Source: Flavobacterium sp. (GTDB taxonomy: Bacteria > Bacteroidota > Bacteroidia > Flavobacteriales > Flavobacteriaceae). From it: a stretch of DNA of 64,000 nucleotides. The notes beneath the pieces were generated by a model. That model was not told the DNA's origin. It searched no databases and saw nothing but the letters and a program-made list of their open reading frames with translations. Positions within the stretch are counted from its first letter, which is position 1. Each line of letters starts with the position of its first letter. Positions 56,101 through 64,000 of the stretch are shown one piece after another. The translations under genes were made by a program, and so were the position numbers. Location: the NCBI RefSeq assembly GCF_028689845.1, contig NZ_JAQVCH010000014.1:1307-65306 (forward strand), given 5' to 3'.

Positions 56101-57462
56101 TTATCCAAACAATTCCCCCACTACATCTTCAATCTTCGCCACTAATTTCACTTGAATTAAGGTGTCTTTCAGCGAGATTTTATTGTATTTTGAAACAAAT
56201 ATTGTGGAGAAACCGAGTTTTTCTGCTTCTAAGATGCGTTGTTCAACACGATTCACAGGACGAATTTCTCCTGCTAATCCAATTTCTCCTGCAAAACAAA
56301 AGTTTTTGCCAACAGGAATATCTTCATTCGAGGATAAAATTGCCGCTACAACAGCCAAATCAATCGCTGGATCATCCACAGAAATTCCACCTGTCACATT
56401 CAAGAAAACATCTTTGGCTCCCAAACGAAAGCCCGCACGTTTTTCTAAAACGGCCAAAATCATATTCAATCTTTTGGCGTTATAACCCGTTGTGCTTCGC
56501 TGCGGTGTTCCGTAAACTGCTGTGCTGACTAAGGCTTGGATTTCAATCATCAAGGGTCGCATGCCTTCCAAAGTAGAAGCAATTGCGGTTCCAGAAAGCT
56601 CTTCGTCTTTATGCGAAATTAATATTTCAGACGGATTGGATACTTCTCGCAAGCCAGAACCTTGCATTTCATAAATGCCAATTTCGGCTGTTGAACCAAA
56701 CCGGTTTTTTAAGGCTCTTAAAATTCGGTAAACGTGATTTCTGTCGCCTTCAAATTGCAAAACAGTATCGACCATATGCTCCAAAATCTTTGGCCCAGCA
56801 ATTGTTCCATCTTTCGTAATGTGACCAATTAAAAGTACTGGAACATTGGTTTCTTTGGCAAATTTGATGAGTTCTGCCGTACATTCTCTAATTTGTGAAA
56901 TACTTCCTGCGGAGGACTCAATATAGTCGGTATGTAAGGTTTGAATGGAATCAATAATAACGATTTCAGGTTCTATTTCCTGAATTTGTTTAAAAATATT
57001 TTGTGTTTTGGTTTCTGTTAAAATAAAGCAATTGTCGCCGTTTGGCGTAATCCGTTCGGCACGCATTTTAATTTGTTTCTGACTTTCTTCTCCTGAAACG
57101 TATAAGGTTTTGAATGGTAATTGTAATGAAATTTGGAGTAAAAGTGTGCTTTTTCCGATACCGGGTTCACCGCCTAACAAAGTTAAGGAACCAGGAACCA
57201 ATCCGCCACCTAAAACCCGATTAAGTTCGCCATCGGTCGTGTTTAAACGAATTTCTTGTGTCGAATCAATGTCTTTAATCCGAAGTGGTTTGGGGGCTTT
57301 TCGGCTTTCAGTAGAAGAAGGTTTCCAACTGGATTTTTCTTCTTTTTGAATAATTTCTTCCACAATCGTATTCCATTCCTTACAAGCATTACATTGTCCT
57401 TGCCATTTAGAATATTGTGTTCCGCAGTTTTGACAAAAAAAGGACGTTTTAACTTTGGCCAT
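56101..57462 (-). CDS. radA: DNA repair protein RadA
   Basis: Zinc ribbon CQNCG...CNAC, Walker A GGEPGIGKST, KNRFG, and a Lon-like C-terminus. Confidence 0.95.
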   Translation of the reverse strand: MAKVKTSFFCQNCGTQYSKWQGQCNACKEWNTIVEEIIQKEEKSSWKPSSTESRKAPKPLRIKDIDSTQEIRLNTTDGELNRVLGGGLVPGSLTLLGGEPGIGKSTLLLQISLQLPFKTLYVSGEESQKQIKMRAERITPNGDNCFILTETKTQNIFKQIQEIEPEIVIIDSIQTLHTDYIESSAGSISQIRECTAELIKFAKETNVPVLLIGHITKDGTIAGPKILEHMVDTVLQFEGDRNHVYRILRALKNRFGSTAEIGIYEMQGSGLREVSNPSEILISHKDEELSGTAIASTLEGMRPLMIEIQALVSTAVYGTPQRSTTGYNAKRLNMILAVLEKRAGFRLGAKDVFLNVTGGISVDDPAIDLAVVAAILSSNEDIPVGKNFCFAGEIGLAGEIRPVNRVEQRILEAEKLGFSTIFVSKYNKISLKDTLIQVKLVAKIEDVVGELFG

Positions 57463-57463
57463 T

Positions 57464-58612
57464 TTACTTTTGCATTTGCTTCATTTCTTCCGATTTGTCG
57501 TACATCATGTCTTTGTCCAAATTGTAAATCGGTTCTTTTTGAAAAGCACTTAAATAATATTTTTGAGCTCGTTTAAAATCTTCTTTTCGCTCATACATGG
57601 TTGCCATAAAATAATCAGGCAACATGGTTTTGCCATAATATTTATCGGCTAAAATAGAGAGTTCGTCAAATTCATTGTACGCTTTATTTCTAACAATAGC
57701 AGCTTCAATCGCTCTAAAATCATTTAAACGAATGGGCATTTTAATATTCAATGATTTTTCTAATAAGTCATATTTTTGTTTGAGGTATTCTACGTAACCT
57801 GATTCTAATTTCACAATTTTTTCATTAAACTCAGTCGAAGTAATCGGTTGATAAACTGCAAAAAATTGATATAACGCATTGGGGATAGAATGTAATACTA
57901 AAGAATAATGTGAAGCACCAATAAATTCATCAAATTTATAATTGAGCGTTGTGTTGTTAATTGCTTTTACTTTTGCGTCGACATCTTTTATCTTTTCCTG
58001 CATTTTTTTCAAATCGCCATCCGCTGTAGAAAGATAGTAGTAAATTGGGTTTGAAATGGCACCTAATCGTTGCGGAATTCTGTTTTCCATATCCGTTGCC
58101 ATGTCTGGGCTTAATGCAATATAAGCATTGAAAATAGGATTGTCTTTGTATAAATAAAAGTTAATAAATCCAGCTGTGGTATCGTGTCCCGCAATAATTT
58201 TAAACGGAGCCATCCGATAGGTTTTTTGTAAATAGGGCATAAGCTCCGTGCCTATAAAATCGAAAAAATTTGCTCCTGTAGTATCTGGCAAACCCGATTC
58301 TTCATCAAAAATGCTGTCGTCAAAACGTTCTTGGTTTTTATTCTGCGTAATTCCAACCATAATTACTTCGGGCAAATCATCCCAATAATTACCATATTTA
58401 ATCGCTCCTTGAAACGGATCAAATAAATATTCTGCATCTAAAACAAGAACGAGCGGGTAATTTCTTTTAGTATCTTTTTCATAGGAAGAAGGTAAGCTAA
58501 TGTAAATTTCTCGATCTGCCCCGAGTTTTTTGGAAGTAAATGTTTCGATAGTTTTTTGTGAAAAAACGGAAGAGGTACACAAAACTAGTAGTGCTATTTG
58601 GACTAATCGCAT
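57464..58612 (-). CDS. Putative esterase (alpha/beta hydrolase) with a C-terminal helical domain
   Basis: Signal peptide and an esterase-like N-terminal domain (YPLVLVLDAEY). 382 aa. Confidence 0.55.
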   Translation of the reverse strand: MRLVQIALLVLCTSSVFSQKTIETFTSKKLGADREIYISLPSSYEKDTKRNYPLVLVLDAEYLFDPFQGAIKYGNYWDDLPEVIMVGITQNKNQERFDDSIFDEESGLPDTTGANFFDFIGTELMPYLQKTYRMAPFKIIAGHDTTAGFINFYLYKDNPIFNAYIALSPDMATDMENRIPQRLGAISNPIYYYLSTADGDLKKMQEKIKDVDAKVKAINNTTLNYKFDEFIGASHYSLVLHSIPNALYQFFAVYQPITSTEFNEKIVKLESGYVEYLKQKYDLLEKSLNIKMPIRLNDFRAIEAAIVRNKAYNEFDELSILADKYYGKTMLPDYFMATMYERKEDFKRAQKYYLSAFQKEPIYNLDKDMMYDKSEEMKQMQK

Positions 58613-58672
58613 AGGGTCTGTTTTTTGGAAGCTCTATAAAAAAAACTTCGTTTTCGAAAGCAAGATAGTAAA

Positions 58673-59638
58673 TTATTTGTTTTTGTTTGCGATTGGCAAA
58701 AATAAATAAGAAGCTAGTCCAAGAACGATGGTTAATAAAGTTTGTGAAGTCCAAACCAGCCAGCCAAAAGCAGTTCCTACATCATTTGAAATTCCATACA
58801 AAGAAAGAATTAAAGCGATAGAAAGCGGGTAAGCACCTAAGCCGCCATTGGTAAATCCAACTGCTAAACTGCCAAAAATGAAGCCCATGACTACTATATC
58901 AAAACCCATGTTTGCGGTTTCAGGCATGGCAAAAATGGTTACATAAAACATTAACAAATAGCAAAACCAGATAAAAAAAGAATGAAATAGGTAGTTCCAT
59001 TTGTTTTTCATTCTAAAAATACTGGCCATTCCTTCGGTTAAACCGGCCAATTTTTGCTTCAATTTTTTAATAATATTCCATTCGGCATAAATCCAAATCA
59101 GTAAAAAAAGGACAAATAGCAAAAAACCAATTCCTATAAAAAGAAGTATGGTTTTAAGGGAAACATTTTTGTCTACTAAAAATTGATAGAGCGTGTCGAA
59201 TTGCAGTATAAAACTTATAAAAACAAACAAGAAAAAAATCATTAAATCTACAAAGCGTTCGGCCACAATGGTGCCAAAAGCTTTATCAAATGGCACGTTT
59301 TCATACTTTCGGATTAAAGCCGCCCGTGAGATTTCGCCAGAGCGAGGCACGGTAAGATTAACCAAATAAGAAACTGAAACAGTACAAAAATTATTGTAAA
59401 AATGGGTTTGATAGCCCAAGTGGTTTAACGCATATTTCCACCGATAAGCTCTAGACCAATAGGCACCACAAGCGATTACTAAGGATAAAAGGATATAGAA
59501 ATAATTGGCTTTTTGAAAACTATTTTTGATTTTATCAATTTCGCTTGGCGTCAAACTTGAAAATTGATACCATATAATGGCAATTCCTAAAAAAAGAGGA
59601 ATGAGGATAGTCAACCATTTTCGGATTGATTTTTTCAA
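58673..59638 (-). CDS. Lysylphosphatidylglycerol-synthase-TM-region-like (UPF0104) membrane protein
   Basis: 321 aa, polytopic, with the motif PRSGEISRA. Confidence 0.6.
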   Translation of the reverse strand: MKKSIRKWLTILIPLFLGIAIIWYQFSSLTPSEIDKIKNSFQKANYFYILLSLVIACGAYWSRAYRWKYALNHLGYQTHFYNNFCTVSVSYLVNLTVPRSGEISRAALIRKYENVPFDKAFGTIVAERFVDLMIFFLFVFISFILQFDTLYQFLVDKNVSLKTILLFIGIGFLLFVLFLLIWIYAEWNIIKKLKQKLAGLTEGMASIFRMKNKWNYLFHSFFIWFCYLLMFYVTIFAMPETANMGFDIVVMGFIFGSLAVGFTNGGLGAYPLSIALILSLYGISNDVGTAFGWLVWTSQTLLTIVLGLASYLFLPIANKNK

Positions 59639-59640
59639 AA

Positions 59641-59991
59641 TTAGGTCAACGAATTATCTTTTTCGTTCGGAAAAACTAAAGCGGGTTTAAACGATTTAGC
59701 TTCTTCAAAATCAATAATGCCGTATGCAATAATGATAATAATATCGCCTTTTTGAACTTTTCTAGCTGCGGGGCCATTAAGTGTGATTTCGCCGCTATTT
59801 CGGTTTCCTTTAATAGCATAAGTTTCTAAACGTTCGCCATTATTAATATTGACAATTGAAACTTTTTCGCCTTCTACAAGGTTAGAAGCTTCCATCAATG
59901 CTTCGTCAATGGTAATGCTACCGATATAATTTAAATCTGCTCCGGTCACCTTTACGCGGTGAATTTTGGATTTTACAACTTGAATTTGCAT
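59641..59991 (-). CDS. panD: Aspartate 1-decarboxylase
   Basis: [23 protein letters not shown] contains the self-processing G-S site. 116 aa. Confidence 0.9.
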   Translation of the reverse strand: MQIQVVKSKIHRVKVTGADLNYIGSITIDEALMEASNLVEGEKVSIVNINNGERLETYAIKGNRNSGEITLNGPAARKVQKGDIIIIIAYGIIDFEEAKSFKPALVFPNEKDNSLT

Positions 59992-60004
59992 GGGACAAAG
60001 ATAA

Positions 60005-60853
60005 TTATTTTAATGAAATGGTATCAATCAATCGAATGTTGTTCACAAAAACAGCAATAAAAGCTCGATATTGTTTGTTTTTCGATTTCCGAAGACACGT
60101 TATTAGGCTAGTTTCATCGGCAATTTCAAAATATTCTAAACTCATTGTAGCATGGTTTTTAAATACGTTTTCAACAAAAGTCGTAACTTCTCTTGCACTT
60201 TTCGTGCCAAACCACATTTTAGCTTCCGTCAAGGTTTTAAAAATGAGTGCTGCTTCCTTTCGTTCGGCAGTTGATAATCGTTCATTTCGGGAGCTCAACG
60301 CTAAACCATTTTCTTCCCGATGAATCGGACATCCTACAATTTGAACAGGAATATTGTTTTTTTGAACTAATTTTTTTACAATTTGTAATTGCTGAAAATC
60401 TTTTTCGCCAAAATAGGCATGTGTTGGTTTTATAATTTCAAATAATCGCTTTACAATGGTGCCAACTCCATCAAAATGGCCTGGACGATGTTTGCCTTCC
60501 ATTTGATTTTCTAAGCCATCATATTGAAACGTTTTAGAAACAATTTGTTGAGCATAAATATCTTCAACTGTAGGAGCAAATACGATAATATCCTTCGATA
60601 AAGACTCAATTTTCTCGATATCGCGGTCTAAGGTACGCGGATATTTTGCTAAGTCTTCTGGATTATTAAATTGCGTTGGGTTTACAAATATACTAATTAC
60701 GGTTATGGCATTATTTTCTAAAGATTTAGCTAGTAATGATAAGTGTCCCGCGTGAAGAGCACCCATGGTAGGAACAAAACCAATGCTGGTTTTAGATGTC
60801 CAAAACGGGGCTAAATGCTCTATAAGAAAGCTTTGTTTGTTGAAAATGAGCAT
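60005..60853 (-). CDS. panC: Pantoate--beta-alanine ligase
   Basis: [16 protein letters not shown] motif. 282 aa. Confidence 0.9.
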   Translation of the reverse strand: MLIFNKQSFLIEHLAPFWTSKTSIGFVPTMGALHAGHLSLLAKSLENNAITVISIFVNPTQFNNPEDLAKYPRTLDRDIEKIESLSKDIIVFAPTVEDIYAQQIVSKTFQYDGLENQMEGKHRPGHFDGVGTIVKRLFEIIKPTHAYFGEKDFQQLQIVKKLVQKNNIPVQIVGCPIHREENGLALSSRNERLSTAERKEAALIFKTLTEAKMWFGTKSAREVTTFVENVFKNHATMSLEYFEIADETSLITCLRKSKNKQYRAFIAVFVNNIRLIDTISLK

Positions 60854-60961
60854 GTATTTTTTAAGATTTGAGTTGCAAACTTACTATTTTACTTAAATAT
60901 TTGCGTAAAATTTTGTATTTTTGCATGATTTTAAAATCTAATCAATAAAGTTCAAAATAAT

Positions 60962-61768
60962 ATGGAGGATAAGAGGATATTGTATGTATCATCTGAAGTA
61001 GTGCCTTATTTGGCGGAAAATGAAGTGTCCATTATGTCGTATGACGTTCCTAAAATGGTCAATGATCAAGGAGGTCAAATCAGAATATTCATGCCGCGAT
61101 ATGGAAACATTAATGAAAGAAGACATCAATTACATGAAGTAATTCGATTGTCTGGGATGAATTTAGTAGTTAATGATTTGGATATGCCTCTTATTATTAA
61201 GGTTGCTTCTATTCCTAAAGAACGAATTCAAGTTTATTTTATAGATAATGATGAGTATTTCAAACGCAAAGCTACTTTTGAAGATGAAGATGGTAAGTTG
61301 TATGAAGACAATGATGAACGAGCTATCTTTTTTGCAAAAGGAGTAGTAGAAACCGTTAAAAAATTAAACTGGGTGCCAGATATTATCCACGTTCATGGTT
61401 GGATGGCTTCTTTATTACCTATTTATATGAAGCATTATTATAAAGATGAAGCACTTTTTTCTAACACGAAAATTGTGACCTCTGTTTATGCTAAATCTTT
61501 TGAAGGCAATCTTAACAATGAACTTTTAAATAAAATCAAATTTGATGGCGTTCCCGAATCGGCTATTCAGGTTTTAAAAGAGCCTAATTATGAGAACCTT
61601 ATTAAAGCATCAATACAACATTCTGATGCTGTGATTGTTGCGTCTGAATCATTAACTTCAAGTTTAACAAAATTTATAGAATCTTCAGAAAAACCTTTTT
61701 TACCTTTCTTCCCGAAAGAGGATTATGCCGAGCATTACCTCAATTTCTATAAAAATCAAGTACTATAA
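60962..61768 (+). CDS. Short glycogen/starch synthase-like protein (catalytic N-domain only)
   Basis: ILYVSSEVVPY... and HVHGWMASL motifs. 268 aa, as in the short Bacteroidota forms. Confidence 0.65.
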   Translation: MEDKRILYVSSEVVPYLAENEVSIMSYDVPKMVNDQGGQIRIFMPRYGNINERRHQLHEVIRLSGMNLVVNDLDMPLIIKVASIPKERIQVYFIDNDEYFKRKATFEDEDGKLYEDNDERAIFFAKGVVETVKKLNWVPDIIHVHGWMASLLPIYMKHYYKDEALFSNTKIVTSVYAKSFEGNLNNELLNKIKFDGVPESAIQVLKEPNYENLIKASIQHSDAVIVASESLTSSLTKFIESSEKPFLPFFPKEDYAEHYLNFYKNQVL

Positions 61769-61785
61769 ATTATTTTATTAAAAAA

Positions 61786-63420
61786 ATGCTTACAAAAAAA
61801 ACAGTACAATTTTTCCTAATTGTTTTCCTGAGTTTGTGGATGGTTTCGTGTGATAAAGATTATAATACCATTGGAGCCGATTTAGTAGGCGACAACCATT
61901 ATACCTTTGGTGATCCAGATAAAGATGTAACAGTTGTTGCGTTTAATGAAGATTTGGGTGTTGTTCAAACGAATAATTTAGTGATAAATCCGTTGGGAAT
62001 TTACCATAATCCAACTTTTGGGTCGCAAACAGCTCATTTTGTGACACAGGTTTTATTGCCAGAACCGGTTCCATCTTTTACCATCATTACAGCACAGCCA
62101 GAAGTAGAAGAGGTCACGCTTTATATTCCTTATTTTAGTAAATCAGTACTTGTTGAAGATGGAAATACAACCTATACTTTAGATTCGATTTATGGAACAT
62201 CAAAAATTAAATTAAGCATTTTTGAAAATGGTTATTTATTGCGTGATTTTGATCCATCTTCAAATTTTACGAATGCTCAAAAATATTATTCAGATCAAGT
62301 AACTGATTTTGAAATTAATAAAAAAGGAGCGGCTTCTGACGGTGCTTCTATTCCAAATGGTGAACGATTAAATAATGGCGAAGATGTAGTGGATAATGAC
62401 GAGTTTTTTTTTAATGCCGCTCAGATTAGAGATACAATTGTGGATGCCGATGGTAAACAAACAATTAATCGCTCCGCACCAGGAATGTATTTAAAATTGA
62501 ACAAAGATTTCTTTCAAAAGAAAATTATTGGCGGGAATTCGATTGGGAAACTAGAAAACAATAATGTATTTAGAGAATATTTTAGAGGATTATACTTTAA
62601 GGTTGAACAATCAGCGGCAGAACCGAACGGGAGTAGCTTGGCGATGATGAATTTTAAAGGCGGAAAAATAACCATAAAGTATAAAGAAGATAAAGCGGTG
62701 CAAGGTCAAGAAACTCCAGATCGTGTAGAAAAAACATTAATTCTATCACTTTCAGGTTCTACGGTAAGCCTAGTGAATCAAGAGCGTAAGCCCGATTATG
62801 CTTCAGCATTAGCATCGGCGTCCTCCTCTTTGGGTGATGAGCGTCTGTATGTAAATGGTGGCTCAGGTTCTATGACTATTATCGATTTATTTGGACGCGA
62901 TGCAAACGGTCAATCTGCCGAACTAGAAGAATACCGAGCTAAAGACTGGTTAATCAATGAAGCAAATCTTACTTTTTATATTGATAAAGATAAGATGGCT
63001 AATACGAAAGAACCTAACCGAATTTATTTATACGATTTGAATAATAACCGTCCTATTTTTGATTATTATACCGATCAAACCACCAATTCTGTTAAGCCTA
63101 AATTCGGCAAACGTGTTTATAGCGGTATGATTGTGAAAGAAGATGGCAAAGGAACCCTTTATAAAATTAGATTAACAAATCATATTACACAATTGTTAAA
63201 AAATGCCGATTCAACAAATGTCCGACTTGGATTAGTAGTGACCGAATCTATCGCAAATGTTGATAATTACGCTGTAAAAAATCAAACCGCCTCTGGATTA
63301 AAAAAAGTGCCTACTGCTTCTGTTTTAAATCCTTTAGGCACAGTGTTGTACGGAAGTAAAACTTCTGTATCTTTGGACAAAAGATTAAAACTTGAAATTT
63401 ATTACACCAAACCTGATTAA
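61786..63420 (+). CDS. DUF4270-like lipoprotein
   Basis: Signal peptide with lipobox MVSC. 544 aa. Confidence 0.5.
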   Translation: MLTKKTVQFFLIVFLSLWMVSCDKDYNTIGADLVGDNHYTFGDPDKDVTVVAFNEDLGVVQTNNLVINPLGIYHNPTFGSQTAHFVTQVLLPEPVPSFTIITAQPEVEEVTLYIPYFSKSVLVEDGNTTYTLDSIYGTSKIKLSIFENGYLLRDFDPSSNFTNAQKYYSDQVTDFEINKKGAASDGASIPNGERLNNGEDVVDNDEFFFNAAQIRDTIVDADGKQTINRSAPGMYLKLNKDFFQKKIIGGNSIGKLENNNVFREYFRGLYFKVEQSAAEPNGSSLAMMNFKGGKITIKYKEDKAVQGQETPDRVEKTLILSLSGSTVSLVNQERKPDYASALASASSSLGDERLYVNGGSGSMTIIDLFGRDANGQSAELEEYRAKDWLINEANLTFYIDKDKMANTKEPNRIYLYDLNNNRPIFDYYTDQTTNSVKPKFGKRVYSGMIVKEDGKGTLYKIRLTNHITQLLKNADSTNVRLGLVVTESIANVDNYAVKNQTASGLKKVPTASVLNPLGTVLYGSKTSVSLDKRLKLEIYYTKPD

Positions 63421-63432
63421 ATAGTAAATTAT

Positions 63433-64000
63433 ATGTGTGGAATTGTTGGATATATTGGCAAAAGAGATGCCTATTCTATTGTGATTAAAGGATTAAAACG
63501 TCTAGAGTATAGAGGTTATGATAGTGCTGGAGTCATGCTTTATGATGGAAAAGATTTAAAAATCTCTAAAACAAAAGGGAAAGTAACCGATTTAGAAGAA
63601 GTGTCTGCAAAAGATAAAAATTTCTTTGGCTCTGTTGGAATCGGACATACGCGTTGGGCTACTCACGGTGTACCGAATGATGTGAACTCACACCCACATT
63701 TATCCAATTCTGGAAATCTCGCTATCATTCATAATGGAATCATTGAAAATTATGAGCCATTAAAGAAAGAATTAATCAAAAGAGGCTATGTGTTTCATTC
63801 CGATACCGATACCGAAGTATTAGTGAATTTGATTGAAGATGTTCAAATGAAACACGGTTATAAATTAGGAAAAGCTGTTCAGGTGGCTTTAAATCAAGTG
63901 GTTGGTGCTTATGCAATTGCTGTTTTTGATAAAAATAAACCAGACGAAATTGTAGTCGCTCGTTTAGGAAGTCCTTTAGCAATTGGCGTAGGTGAAGATG
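63433..64000 (+). CDS. glmS: Glutamine--fructose-6-phosphate aminotransferase, N-terminal part (runs off the window)
   Basis: MCGIVGYIG Ntn-amidotransferase start and GHTRWATHG. The frame is open to 64000. Confidence 0.9.
   Translation, partial: MCGIVGYIGKRDAYSIVIKGLKRLEYRGYDSAGVMLYDGKDLKISKTKGKVTDLEEVSAKDKNFFGSVGIGHTRWATHGVPNDVNSHPHLSNSGNLAIIHNGIIENYEPLKKELIKRGYVFHSDTDTEVLVNLIEDVQMKHGYKLGKAVQVALNQVVGAYAIAVFDKNKPDEIVVARLGSPLAIGVGED

Overview
AT-rich Bacteroidota (Flavobacteriia-like) chromosomal window. The right part (about 33.0-64.0 kb) is ordinary core genome: rseP, a T9SS M1 aminopeptidase, class I fumarase, serS, rsmA, mgtE, xth, a LytS/LytTR two-component pair, radA, panD/panC and partial glmS. 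The left part (1-32.9 kb) is an accessory/defence island that abuts the 3' end of a tRNA-Asn(GTT) gene. It carries a large serine recombinase, a DUF262-HNH (GmrSD-like) nuclease, an N6A methyltransferase with a PD-(D/E)xK partner, and a duplicated NUMOD4 protein. It also carries an uncharacterised 5-gene operon (SIS/HAD, PRTase-like, P-loop ATPase, unknown, PfkB kinase) and a second uncharacterised minus-strand operon. Main finding: two loci missing from the standard-code ORF track are intact genes only if TGA is a sense codon. One is a 3.87-kb surface-protein gene (8123-11995). The other is a RelE/ParE-type toxin-antitoxin pair (14276-14793). The in-frame TGAs fall on positions that are glycine (GGN) in sibling repeats and family motifs, which matches translation table 25. 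Interleaved neighbours and the core genes demonstrably use TGA as a stop. No suppressor tRNA was seen in the window. All family assignments come from motif recognition by eye, not from searches.
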